From: Spirochaetia bacterium
Lineage (GTDB): Bacteria > Spirochaetota > Spirochaetia > DSM-2461
Direction: 5' to 3'
Assembly: GCA_963668315.1 (NCBI GenBank)
Contig: OY764216.1
Location: forward strand, 4,096,001-4,160,000
Length of the DNA: 64,000 bases
Shown in pieces: positions 39,640 to 49,220 of this stretch (positions are counted from its first letter, which is position 1; each line of letters opens with the position of its first letter). A program made the translations under genes and the position numbers. A model generated the notes under the pieces. That model did not search any database. It was not told the DNA's origin and was given only the letters and a program-made list of their open reading frames with translations.

Positions 39640-40305
39640 TTAAGAAGAAAATTTATATCCCACCCCCCAGACGGTCTGGACCGCGTCGCGGTATTCGCCC
39701 AGATGCTCCCTCAATGATTTGATGTGGGTATCGATCGTCCTGACGTCCCCATAGTAGTTATATCCCCAGACGGCGTCGAGTATCTGCTCCCGCCTGAGGA
39801 CCAGCCCCGCGTTCCGGGCGAGGTGCAGCAGAAGATCGAACTCCTTGGGTGGCAGGGTGACTTCGGTATCGCCGAGCTCAACGACCCTTGCCTTGACGGA
39901 AATACGGAAGTCACCGCAATCCATAATGTCCGGGAGGGAATGGCCGCTTCGTTTCTGAACAGCCCTTATCCTGGCCATGAGCTCTCTGGGACTGAAGGGC
40001 TTGGGAATATAATCGTCCGCCCCCAGCTCGAACCCCAGAAGCTTGTCGTACTCCTCGCTCCGAGCGGTCAACAGAATGACAGGGACCTGGCTGAACGTCC
40101 GGATTTCCCTCAGCGTCTCGAAGCCGTCCAGCACAGGCATGAGAACATCGAGCACCACCAGATCGAAGGCTGATTCGTTCATCAGGCCGATGGCCCGGTG
40201 ACCGTTCTCGGCCTCGACGCACTCGTACCCCTCGTTCTCCCCGTAGGAGAGTACGAGTCTTCTCAGATTGGGATCATCATCGACAATAAGTAATTTCCCT
40301 TTCAA
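39640..40305 (-). CDS. OmpR/PhoB family response regulator
   Basis: IVDDD, LDVLMP, GADDYIPKPF, winged helix RTIDTHIKSLR..TVWGVGY. TTG start with GAGGTG SD. Confidence 0.95.
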   Translation of the reverse strand: MKGKLLIVDDDPNLRRLVLSYGENEGYECVEAENGHRAIGLMNESAFDLVVLDVLMPVLDGFETLREIRTFSQVPVILLTARSEEYDKLLGFELGADDYIPKPFSPRELMARIRAVQKRSGHSLPDIMDCGDFRISVKARVVELGDTEVTLPPKEFDLLLHLARNAGLVLRREQILDAVWGYNYYGDVRTIDTHIKSLREHLGEYRDAVQTVWGVGYKFSS

Positions 40306-40370
40306 AGGATCACCTCACACCGCAGTATACCACCAAAACGCCCTTCCCAGAATATCCTCCCCCCAAGGGA

Positions 40371-41279
40371 TCAGAGAATGAGGTTCACCGTCATTCCGGC
40401 AAACAGGGCGAAAAACATATTATAGGCCAGATAGAGGCCGAATCCCCCGGCTCCCAGAACTATTTTAAGAGCTCCCAGATTGGTGATTTTCGTGGCGGGG
40501 CCGGTGATCATGAAAGCCGCGGCCGCCCCCGGGGACATGCCCCGGTAGAGCCAGTCCTGCAGAAGCGGCACGGTTCCCCCTCCGCACACATACAGGGGTA
40601 CCCCGATAGTGGCCGCCATGAGAACCCCGAAGGCTCTGTTGTTCCCGAACAGCCAGACGACCGCATCCTCGGGGACATAGCGCTGGAACAGGGCGGTCAG
40701 AGCCAGACCGGCCAGAAAGTAGGGAACGGTCGCTTTCACGTTGCGGTAGATATTCTTGAGCAGCCTTAAAAACGGATTCGGGTCGATATCCCGGTTGGAA
40801 CAGGCTCCGAAGCGGGAAAAATCAAAGAAGCTCTTTCCCCGGCCCAGACAGAAGATCCTCACCCCGATTCCGGCGGCGATTCCGGTCAGACAGCTTAAAG
40901 CGATGCGGATGATCAGCACCGCAGGGCCGAGGGCGGCGCTGTAGAATATCAGCTGCGGATTCAGCAGAATGGAACTCATCATAAAGGCGGCCAGCCAGTC
41001 GTCCCTCATGCCCTTTTCCGAAAAGGAGGCGGCGATGGGAATGGTTCCGTACATGCAGAGGGGCGAAAGGACCCCCAGAAGGGCGGCGGGGATGACACCC
41101 AGAACTCCGAGCTTTCTTTTCTGAAGCGCGGTGAAAAGACCATGTATGCGCTGCTTCCCGAATACCGAGATGAGGGAACCGAGAAGGATGCCTCCTATCA
41201 GGTAAGGAAAAATCAGGGAGAACTGGACGGAAAAGTAATACCAGAAGTAAATACCTTCCCGCCGCAGAATATCACTCAT
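40371..41279 (-). CDS. DUF318/ArsP-type permease
   Basis: SPLCMYGTIP and GVPLYVCGGG repeats, AFMITGP, multiple TM helices. Confidence 0.8.
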   Translation of the reverse strand: MSDILRREGIYFWYYFSVQFSLIFPYLIGGILLGSLISVFGKQRIHGLFTALQKRKLGVLGVIPAALLGVLSPLCMYGTIPIAASFSEKGMRDDWLAAFMMSSILLNPQLIFYSAALGPAVLIIRIALSCLTGIAAGIGVRIFCLGRGKSFFDFSRFGACSNRDIDPNPFLRLLKNIYRNVKATVPYFLAGLALTALFQRYVPEDAVVWLFGNNRAFGVLMAATIGVPLYVCGGGTVPLLQDWLYRGMSPGAAAAFMITGPATKITNLGALKIVLGAGGFGLYLAYNMFFALFAGMTVNLIL

Positions 41280-42342
41280 CTATGCTGACCAGCCTGTACT
41301 CCCTGCTGCCGAAGCCGATCGCGGCGGCGTGTTCCAGAATATGGGTCCCGTTGCGTGATTCGATGCGTTCAATGACCGAACCGCCGTCCGGTGCGGCGTA
41401 GACATAGTCGACGCAGGCCTGGTCGATGGCCACCGGGTCAAAGGAGGCGAATATGCCTATATCGTGCATATCCGGTTCGGCCGGGTTGGCCACGCAGTCG
41501 CAGTCCACCGATATGTTGTTCATCACGTTGATATACATGATATCCTCCCCGTGTCCCAGATAGTCGGAGACGGACTTGGCCGCCTCAGCCATGGACTCGG
41601 TGAAGTCGTCGGCGGGGGTACCGAAGCTGAGACCGGTCCGCTCCTTTCCCGCCGAATGAATCAGGGATTTCCCTTCGGCCGAGGCGATGCCTATGGAGGT
41701 GTTTTTCAAAGCTCCGCCGAAGCCTCCCATCATGTGCCCCTTGAAGTGGGAGAGCACCAGAAAGGAGTCGTAATCGGCGAAATGGGCTCCCACCTGATTC
41801 GTTTTCAGCCAGACTCCCCCTTCCACGGGGATTTCCAGCCCCCCGTCGGCATCCATGATGTCCACGGGCGCGATGGCCGTGTAACCCCGGTCTTCCGCTA
41901 CCTGGAGATGCATGGCCGTATTGATCCGGCTTCCGCCGTAAGCCGTATTGCACTCGACGATGGTTCCGTTCAGCTGCTGAACCAGCTCCCTGATGAAGTC
42001 GGGCCTGAGGTGATTGCTGTTTTCTCCCTCTCCCGTATGGAGCTTGACGGCGACCTTTCCCCGGGGAACGCGCTGCAGCGCCTCATAGGCGGCCATCAGT
42101 CCGGCGGGGCTGATATCGGTGGTCATATAGACAACGGGAGCCTGTCCGGAATCGGTTCTGTGCTCAAGGGCCGTCAGGGGAATCAGCTCTCCCGCCGTAA
42201 CCCTTTTCCCCTCTCCGGTATCCTGACTATCAGCGGAAGCCGCCGTTTCTTCCGTCACCGGTTCGCCCTCATCGGCATGTCCCAGGCTGAACGCCTGCAG
42301 GGCAATTGCCGAGACAAAAAGATACATTAAGACTCGTTTCAT
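41272..42342 (-). CDS. DUF362 domain protein with signal peptide
   Basis: VAVKLHTGE, ECNTAYGG.R, SHFKGH, GGALKN, DCDC, DPVAIDQAC. Confidence 0.85.
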   Translation of the reverse strand: MKRVLMYLFVSAIALQAFSLGHADEGEPVTEETAASADSQDTGEGKRVTAGELIPLTALEHRTDSGQAPVVYMTTDISPAGLMAAYEALQRVPRGKVAVKLHTGEGENSNHLRPDFIRELVQQLNGTIVECNTAYGGSRINTAMHLQVAEDRGYTAIAPVDIMDADGGLEIPVEGGVWLKTNQVGAHFADYDSFLVLSHFKGHMMGGFGGALKNTSIGIASAEGKSLIHSAGKERTGLSFGTPADDFTESMAEAAKSVSDYLGHGEDIMYINVMNNISVDCDCVANPAEPDMHDIGIFASFDPVAIDQACVDYVYAAPDGGSVIERIESRNGTHILEHAAAIGFGSREYRLVSIDE

Positions 42343-42385
42343 CCTATTCCTCCTCCCTGTTTTCTTTCCCTAACCCTACAGGAAA

Positions 42386-42405
42386 GTTGTGAGAAAACTG
42401 TGAAA
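42386..42405 (-). promoter_or_regulatory. OmpR/PhoB-type direct repeat upstream of the DUF362-permease-two-component operon
   Basis: Minus strand TTCACA-GTTTT-CTCACA: TCACA repeated with an 11-bp period (42388-42392, 42399-42403). Confidence 0.5.
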
Positions 42406-42419
42406 ACCGGCCCCCCCCC

Positions 42420-44765
42420 TTAAAGTAGAGTGATTTTTACTTCTGGCCTTGTTCCGTCCACCCTCACTTTCATATCCCGGGGCACCGACAGTTCCAGCTC
42501 ATACTTATCTCCCGCCCTCTTCCAGGCGGCCTTAACCGGTCCTCTGGGCGTACGGACCGTCCCCCTGGCCCATTCCAGATTCCCGAACCGGGGATTCACC
42601 CCTATCTCCCCATATCCGGGAGCGGAGGGACGTATGCCCAGCACGGCGGAGGGCAGTTCCCAGAGGATGAGCGCCCCCCATCCGTGACAGTCGCTCCGGC
42701 TGGTGACCGGATCCTCCTCGCAGGTGGTAAGATTTTTCCCGATCATATCCCGCCAGATATCCCAGAGGCGGTCCGTTTCGCCGTACAGCCCGCATAGCTC
42801 GAGGGCCCGGAACAGATAGAACATCATAGCCACCGAACACTGGGCGAATTTCTCTTTATGGATTAGGGTCTCTCTCAGGAACCCCTTCCCTTCCTGCGGA
42901 TGCAGCGTTCCTGTAAGGACACCGAAAACCTGACAGTGCTGGCTGTACTCCTCCGTCTCCGGACCGTCCCTGAGCATGCCCGACTCACCGGTGCAGTGGA
43001 TTCTGATATTCTCCCTGAGCCTTTCCGCCTCCTCTCCGAACCTGGCCGACAAATCGTTCTGTCCGATGAACTTCATCAGATCCGCCCCGTACTGCAGCCC
43101 CAGAAGAAAAAGAAGACTTTCCATGGTCAGCGGGCCGTTTCTTGTGGCCCCGGGAGCTCCGATGGTTTCGTTCCACTCCTTCGTCCAGTCGATAAAGGAC
43201 CAGAAGGGCCCTTCCAGATTGGGCCCCCCCAGCTTCCCCACGATGCCCTGACCGGTCAATCTCGATCTGAAGAACTGCAGGACAGAGAGGACCGCCGGCT
43301 CATGATGCTCCACCAGCTCCCTGTCGCCGAAATACATCATGTGGTCATGAATCATACCTATGTAGTAGACGGCAAAACCGGGGATCAGATTGGGTTCGTA
43401 ACTGGGATAGGAGCAGTTGATCATCCCGTCCGCCCTCACAGAACGCCTGAAATCTTCCATGCACTGCCGGGCCAGCCGGTCGTCCGCCGAGAGGGCGTAG
43501 GTATAGAGGATCTGGTTCCGCGAGTCCATGGAGTACTGAAGCTGCTCGTAGAAGGGACAGTCCTCGTAAGTGTCGTGCATACAGCATCGAAGGGAACGCT
43601 CGCTGATATCCCAGATTTTCTCCATAGAGGGATCGGACGTCTCCACCTTCGTCCCCCTATCCAGGGGATAGCCGGTCTCCCTGAAACGGAATGACTTAAG
43701 GATCAGGGGTTCATCGCCGGTGACCACGGAGAGGCGGATATACCGGAATGTTCTGAACCAGTAAGGTTCGTACAGCTCCGCTTCCTCCCCGGTCCCCGCG
43801 CCGCCCACTTCGTAGCTGTCGGTGAATCCGTAGAGCGTTCCCTTTACATGGTCGGTCCTGTCGCCCTTGCGGGGCATCAGAAAACCGTCGGGATTCATCT
43901 CTCCCTCGTAGGCGTAGCATTCGGAGGTGAGAATGGTCACGCGGGCTCCCCCTCCCCCGGCCATGGCCAGGGAGAGATAGGCCGTTCTCTCCACCTCCCC
44001 GTCTATCTCGACAATCTCTTCGCTGCCGGGGGGAATTTCCAGGGGGCATTCCGACGTAAGCAGGGATTCCCAGGACGATCTATCCCGTGCGCTTTTCCTG
44101 ATGCATTTGATTCCTTTGAAAGATCCCACACGCCTCCGCTGAAAGGGGGTCATGCGCGGTTGGAGATTGACCGGGTGGAGGACTCCCGCCAGGTCGAAAA
44201 AAGTATAGACGCGGGCGCTCTGCCAGGGGGAATCATCATACCCGGGAGAGTGCATCCCCCGGCTTTCGTTGTCGCAGCGGGCCCTTTCAAAGATGTACAA
44301 AGGAGCGAACCGATCCGATTCGGCGTAGAATTCCACCGGCGCGGTTCTCATCTTCCAGGTCCCGTCGGCGATGAAGTCGGGTGATTCCCCCTTTTTCTCC
44401 CTATACCCTTTCAGATAGAGCCCCGGGCTGTCCGTCCTGAACAGGGAGTGATTCCCCCGGCGGTGCGCTTCGGGGTAGATCAATACGGAGGCGACGATCA
44501 CATTCTTCCCCGGGACAAGGGAAGCTCCGATATCCAGCGTATCGAAGTAACGGGTCTGATTGTCCCCCTTCTGGGGCCCCTCTTCCCGGAAGATGCCGTT
44601 CACATATAACTTGTAGCGGGAATCGGCGCTTAATTCGAGGAAAAGATGTTCCGGCGGAGTTTCGAACTCCATCACTTTCCGAAAGTGGACGATCCTGGCC
44701 CGATCGGTACCCGTCCTCCCCTCTTCCCGGTTCGGACCTATCCAGCCCAGTGGTGATACTGCCAT
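42420..44765 (-). CDS. Alpha-L-rhamnosidase, glycoside hydrolase family 78
   Basis: SADSRYKLYVNG N-terminal domain, DCPFYEQLQYSMD, FIDW, RSDCHGW. Start moved to ATG 44765. Confidence 0.88.
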   Translation of the reverse strand: MAVSPLGWIGPNREEGRTGTDRARIVHFRKVMEFETPPEHLFLELSADSRYKLYVNGIFREEGPQKGDNQTRYFDTLDIGASLVPGKNVIVASVLIYPEAHRRGNHSLFRTDSPGLYLKGYREKKGESPDFIADGTWKMRTAPVEFYAESDRFAPLYIFERARCDNESRGMHSPGYDDSPWQSARVYTFFDLAGVLHPVNLQPRMTPFQRRRVGSFKGIKCIRKSARDRSSWESLLTSECPLEIPPGSEEIVEIDGEVERTAYLSLAMAGGGGARVTILTSECYAYEGEMNPDGFLMPRKGDRTDHVKGTLYGFTDSYEVGGAGTGEEAELYEPYWFRTFRYIRLSVVTGDEPLILKSFRFRETGYPLDRGTKVETSDPSMEKIWDISERSLRCCMHDTYEDCPFYEQLQYSMDSRNQILYTYALSADDRLARQCMEDFRRSVRADGMINCSYPSYEPNLIPGFAVYYIGMIHDHMMYFGDRELVEHHEPAVLSVLQFFRSRLTGQGIVGKLGGPNLEGPFWSFIDWTKEWNETIGAPGATRNGPLTMESLLFLLGLQYGADLMKFIGQNDLSARFGEEAERLRENIRIHCTGESGMLRDGPETEEYSQHCQVFGVLTGTLHPQEGKGFLRETLIHKEKFAQCSVAMMFYLFRALELCGLYGETDRLWDIWRDMIGKNLTTCEEDPVTSRSDCHGWGALILWELPSAVLGIRPSAPGYGEIGVNPRFGNLEWARGTVRTPRGPVKAAWKRAGDKYELELSVPRDMKVRVDGTRPEVKITLL

Positions 44766-44776
44766 GATAAACTCCC

Positions 44777-45613
44777 CTATCCCTTGATGGCGCCGCTGAC
44801 CAGTCCCGAAACCAGCTGTTTCTGAAAGAAAATAAAGACTATCAGGGGCAGCAGGGCCACGACGACCACGTCGGCGAAAACCAGATTCCACTGGCTGCCG
44901 AACTGGCTGACGAAACTGAAAAGCGTCAGAGGAGCGGTAACTTTCTTCGTCCCCGGAAGAAAATAGAGGGGACCGACGAAATCATTGAAAATATTCACCG
45001 TAGAAGTGACGATGACCGTAACGATGGCCGGCTTCAGCAGTGGCAGAAGTACTTTTCCGAACACCTGAAGGGGCGAAGCGCCGTCCACCACGGTGGCTTC
45101 GTCCAGTTCCCGCGGAATCGTCCCCATGAAAGATCTCATGACCAGGATGGCGAAGGGCATGTTGAGGGCCGTATTGACCAGAATCATACTCAGAAGGGTC
45201 TTGTAGAGGCCCAGCGCCCGGAAAACGAAGATGGTGGGAACCACGGCAGGGGGCAGAATGAGTCCGGCCAGCATAAGGGCGCTGACGACGGTCCCCAGCC
45301 TGTCGTTCCTCCGCTGAAGGACAACGGCGACAAGGGCCGCGCAGACGATGGTCAGAACAATGGAGCCGGCGGTGATCACAGAACTGTTGAAAAGGGCCAG
45401 GAGCATACGGTAATTCCCGAATTGAAGCACCTCTCCCAGGTTCCGGAACAGCTGCGGCTCTTCGGGAAATGAGAAACGGAACTGCCCCGCCGCCTCGGGC
45501 GTTTTGGCCGCCGTCATCAGGATGAAGATGAAGGGGATGAGATACAGCATACCTATGGTGATGAATACGAGAAAATCCACTCCGTAAAATCGGGCTTTGC
45601 TCTTTTTTTTCAT
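44777..45613 (-). CDS. Carbohydrate ABC transporter permease (MalG-like)
   Basis: ELDEATVVDGAS loop, FNDF, GAIKG C-terminus. Confidence 0.92.
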   Translation of the reverse strand: MKKKSKARFYGVDFLVFITIGMLYLIPFIFILMTAAKTPEAAGQFRFSFPEEPQLFRNLGEVLQFGNYRMLLALFNSSVITAGSIVLTIVCAALVAVVLQRRNDRLGTVVSALMLAGLILPPAVVPTIFVFRALGLYKTLLSMILVNTALNMPFAILVMRSFMGTIPRELDEATVVDGASPLQVFGKVLLPLLKPAIVTVIVTSTVNIFNDFVGPLYFLPGTKKVTAPLTLFSFVSQFGSQWNLVFADVVVVALLPLIVFIFFQKQLVSGLVSGAIKG

Positions 45614-46491
45614 AAATCCAGCTCCTTTCTGTTGAAGAATGACATCATGGGATAGGCGATTACCGTCACCAGCAGAAAAAGGACCACATTGCCCGCTGTC
45701 GAGAGTCCGTAGAATCCCGCGCCGTACTGTTTGAAAATGACCGAAGTGAGCACATCCGAGGAAAAGCCGGGCCCTCCGTGGGTCATGCTCCAGATAAGAT
45801 CGAACGTCCTCAATCCCCCGATAAAGGAGAGCAGGATGACGGTAAACATGGAGTTGCGGCTCAGCGGGAGAATGACGTGGCGGAACTTGACCCAGGCGCC
45901 TCCCTCCAGTCTCGCCGCGTCCAGAAGCTGGTCGCTGATGGAGATGATTCCGGCGATATAGATGATCAGTGCAATGCCTATTCCCCGCCAGATATCGACC
46001 AGGGCCACCGAATAGAGGGCCAGACGGGGATTTCCGAGCCAGTCCGGTCCGGTCAGACCGAAAAAGGCGAAGACATTATTAATAAGACCGTAGCTTGGCT
46101 GCATGAGGGCGGAAAAGGTGATTCCCACGGCCACGGTACTGATAAGTGTCGGAAAGAAGACGATGCTTCTGTGGACAGTCTTGAGCTTAACAGCGGAAGA
46201 AGTGAAGAGAACGGCCAGCAGAAGGGCCAGGACCACTTTCGAGCCGCTGGTTATCACGGCGTAGACGATGGTGTTCTTCAGACTGGTGACCATCATCGGG
46301 TTGCTCAGGAATGTCTGATAGTTTTTCAGACCGATGAAGGTGGCATCGAATAGAGTCCATCGGGTCAGGCTGAAATAGAATGCCAGAACCGTGGGAAGAA
46401 CAAAGAAAATGCAGAAGATGATGCCTGCCGGGATATAAAACCAGTGGGGATATGTCTTCAGCATGATCTGAGAATGTTTTTTGCTGTTCAT
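45610..46491 (-). CDS. Carbohydrate ABC transporter permease (MalF-like)
   Basis: DAARLEG loop, FDLIWSMTHGGPG. Confidence 0.92.
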   Translation of the reverse strand: MNSKKHSQIMLKTYPHWFYIPAGIIFCIFFVLPTVLAFYFSLTRWTLFDATFIGLKNYQTFLSNPMMVTSLKNTIVYAVITSGSKVVLALLLAVLFTSSAVKLKTVHRSIVFFPTLISTVAVGITFSALMQPSYGLINNVFAFFGLTGPDWLGNPRLALYSVALVDIWRGIGIALIIYIAGIISISDQLLDAARLEGGAWVKFRHVILPLSRNSMFTVILLSFIGGLRTFDLIWSMTHGGPGFSSDVLTSVIFKQYGAGFYGLSTAGNVVLFLLVTVIAYPMMSFFNRKELDL

Positions 46492-46560
46492 GAGACCTCT
46501 CGATAGTTCGATAGATGAGAAAGCCGGGAGCCCCGGAGGCATCCCGGCCGACGTTACTTT

Positions 46561-47874
46561 TTACCAGCCCTGCAGCCCCAGCTGCTGAGCCTGCTGCTCC
46601 ACGTCCCTGTCATAGGCTTCCGCGGCTTCCTGAGCCGTCATGGAACCGGTACCCACGGCGGCGCACAGCTGCTGGAGATTGGGCCCCTTGACGGGGGAGA
46701 GAAACTCCAGTGCGGGGAAGGCCTTGCCCGAATCGATGTAACCGTTCAGATCATCAACGAAGCTGAGAACTTCACCGGGGAGCTTCGCCCCCTTGATGAG
46801 ATAAGGTCCGGCCGGAATGACCTTGGCATTGATGGCGTCGGTTCCCCGGGTGGATGCGGCGAAGGCCAGAAACTTCTTGGAGAATTCCACCTTGTCGGAA
46901 TTCTGCGGAATATAGAACGCCAGAGGCATCCAGAGGGTGGCGCCGTTTTGGGCGACATCCTTTCCGGGCAGGGCGAAAAAGCCGATGTCATTCACCAGAT
47001 CGGGCCAGCTTGTCGCCACGGTATTCATAACCTGGGTCAGCATGGGATAGTGGGCCACGCTGCCTTCGGCGAGCATCTGAAGGCCCTGCTCAAATCTCGT
47101 GGTAGCGAAATCCTTCTGATACCATCCCTTCTCGTAAGCCTCCTGGATATACTCAAATCCCCTGCGGGCCGAAGAAGAGGTAGAATATTTCACCCTGTTC
47201 TGTGTATAATCATCTGCGAAATTCGGCTGAGACTGGGCTACATTGTAAAAGTCTGCCAGGACGAACAACTGTGCTGTCCAGTCATCACCGAAGGTTGCCA
47301 GAACCGGGGAGATACCCGCCGCTTTAATGGTTTCGTTATTGGCGGCGAATTCTTCCCAGGTTCTGGGTTTTTCCAATCCAAGTTTCTCGTATATCCTTTT
47401 GTTATAGAGAATACCGCCTGCACTGGCGTATCCCACGGGAACACCGTAGATACCGTCTCCCTGGGAAACGGCGGGGGTGAAGGATTCGGAAACATTAGCC
47501 ATAAAAGATTCTCCGGAAAGATCAACCAGAGTCTGGGCAGGCCTGAGAGTCTGAAGCAGTGACCCGCAATTGTAATAGAAGATATCATTCATATCCCCCT
47601 GGGCGACTCTGAGCTTCACCAGATTATCGATCTCCACACCGACTCCCGGCGGTACCTCAACATCAAAGGTGATGTTGGGGTTTTGCGCCGTGTAGGCATC
47701 GATCAGGGCATTTATCATTAACTGGTCGTTCTGATTCTGCGATGTCAGCAGGGTCAGCTCCACCGGCTTGTCACCGTCGGCTTCTCCTCCGCCGTTGGCC
47801 CAGAGGGCTCCCGACATAACCATCCCCGTCAGCAACAGGGCGGCCACTCTTTTCAGATTTTCTCTGATTTTCAT
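46561..47874 (-). CDS. Carbohydrate ABC transporter substrate-binding protein (family 1)
   Basis: Signal peptide ...LWANGGGE, GIYGVP, YNK.IY, P.TWEEF. AAGGAG SD. Confidence 0.92.
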   Translation of the reverse strand: MKIRENLKRVAALLLTGMVMSGALWANGGGEADGDKPVELTLLTSQNQNDQLMINALIDAYTAQNPNITFDVEVPPGVGVEIDNLVKLRVAQGDMNDIFYYNCGSLLQTLRPAQTLVDLSGESFMANVSESFTPAVSQGDGIYGVPVGYASAGGILYNKRIYEKLGLEKPRTWEEFAANNETIKAAGISPVLATFGDDWTAQLFVLADFYNVAQSQPNFADDYTQNRVKYSTSSSARRGFEYIQEAYEKGWYQKDFATTRFEQGLQMLAEGSVAHYPMLTQVMNTVATSWPDLVNDIGFFALPGKDVAQNGATLWMPLAFYIPQNSDKVEFSKKFLAFAASTRGTDAINAKVIPAGPYLIKGAKLPGEVLSFVDDLNGYIDSGKAFPALEFLSPVKGPNLQQLCAAVGTGSMTAQEAAEAYDRDVEQQAQQLGLQGW

Positions 47875-48013
47875 AAATTAACTCCTTATAAAAAATGGGG
47901 GACTGCTTTCAGATGACCCGAACCGGCGCACCGTCCCTTTGTCCCGCCGATCGGCACTTTTATCCTCTCTTTCCCTTTTCCTCCTTCTGCCGTGTCACTG
48001 CCCACGGATTGTA

Positions 48014-49039
48014 TTATTTCACCGGTGCGGGACCGGTCGATTCTCTGATGATGATACTGCTTTCGGCCGAGCGGCTCCTTGGGGGGCCGTCGTACCCGTT
48101 CATTCGGTCCAGCAGCATGAGAAAGGCCTGTGCTCCCAGATCTTCCGTATCCTTGCCTACCGTGGTAAGGCGGGGCACGGAATACCCGCTGTCGGGGATA
48201 TTGTCAAAACCGCAGACGGAAAGATCCTCGGGTATCCCGATTCCCAGATCCGCCGCCGCCCGGAGAACACTCATAGCCAGATAGTCATTAATCACCAGAA
48301 TGGCGGTGGGACGGTTTTCCCCTTCCAGAATCTCCCTGGCCCGATCGTAACAGGCTTCCTGTGTCGGCTCGCAGGAGATAACGGGGTTATCCCCGGGGGC
48401 GAGGCCTTTCTCATCAAGGAATTCTCTGTATGAGTCAAGCCTGTCGTAACCATTCTCTTCGTTGGCCAGGCCGCTCAGGAAATTGAAGCGGCGGTGTCCC
48501 TCCCCATAAAGATAGGCCATAAGCTCCTTAGTGGCCCGGTGATAATCGGATTTGATCCTATCGAAGGGACTCTCTTCGGCGGACATGTCCACGATGGCCA
48601 GATGGCTTTTCGCCAACAGCTTCCTCTTCTCTTCCCCATCCCGCACGTAGGAGGTATTGATGATGGCTCCGTCAATCCTCTTCTGGGACAATTCGTTCAG
48701 AGCCACATGCTCCTCGTTTTTCTTCAACGCCGTATGAAAAAGCATGATAATGTACCCGTGCTTGTGGGCTTCCCTTTCGATCCCGGCCAGATGCTGCCAG
48801 AAATGGGGATTATGGATATCGATAAGAAAGATACCGATAGTCATGGTGCGGCCCGACCTGAGGGTTCGGGCCTGCTGATTGGGGCTGTAACCGGATTTCT
48901 CAATCGCCTCCAGCACGCGCTTCCTTGTCTCCTCAGATATGGGTACGCCCTCTTCTGTCTTCCCGTTAAGAACATAGGAAACTGTCGCCCTTGATACTCC
49001 GGCCAACTCGGCCACATTTTTCTGCGTTACCCTTTTCAT
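48014..49039 (-). CDS. LacI family transcriptional regulator
   Basis: VAELAGVSRATVSYVLN, YSPNQQAR.L, IPEDLSVCGFD, IIRES. Confidence 0.95.
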   Translation of the reverse strand: MKRVTQKNVAELAGVSRATVSYVLNGKTEEGVPISEETRKRVLEAIEKSGYSPNQQARTLRSGRTMTIGIFLIDIHNPHFWQHLAGIEREAHKHGYIIMLFHTALKKNEEHVALNELSQKRIDGAIINTSYVRDGEEKRKLLAKSHLAIVDMSAEESPFDRIKSDYHRATKELMAYLYGEGHRRFNFLSGLANEENGYDRLDSYREFLDEKGLAPGDNPVISCEPTQEACYDRAREILEGENRPTAILVINDYLAMSVLRAAADLGIGIPEDLSVCGFDNIPDSGYSVPRLTTVGKDTEDLGAQAFLMLLDRMNGYDGPPRSRSAESSIIIRESTGPAPVK

Positions 49040-49056
49040 TACCGATCCTTTGCCAT

Positions 49057-49111
49057 TTACACGTGTAAGCTGATACGTGTAAATGATAAAGTCGGATCTT
49101 CTATCTGTCAA
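49057..49111 (-). promoter_or_regulatory. Sigma70 promoter with two LacI-type operators
   Basis: TTGACA (49111-49106), 17-nt spacer, TATCAT (49088-49083). TTACACGTGTAA (49057-49068) and TGATACGTGTAA (49071-49082). Confidence 0.78.
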
Positions 49112-49123
49112 GAAAAATCAATG

Positions 49124-49165
49124 AGAAAGGGCGTGCTCCTCTTTCTGAGGGGACACGCCCTTTCT
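49124..49165 (-). terminator. Stem-loop/terminator after the oxidoreductase gene
   Basis: AGAAAGGGCGTG / CACGCCCTTTCT inverted repeat. Confidence 0.65.
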
Positions 49166-49220
49166 GATTAGGGGGAATTCCGAAGGCAGAGAAAATCGAG
49201 GCCCGGCGGGGAGTCTCTTT

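Noticed and set aside
38124..39722. 532-aa plus-strand ORF
   Set aside because: Antisense shadow of the histidine kinase/response regulator. No motifs.
47880..48013. Possible riboswitch between lacI and the SBP gene
   Set aside because: Only short hairpins and a purine tract. No recognisable Rfam consensus.
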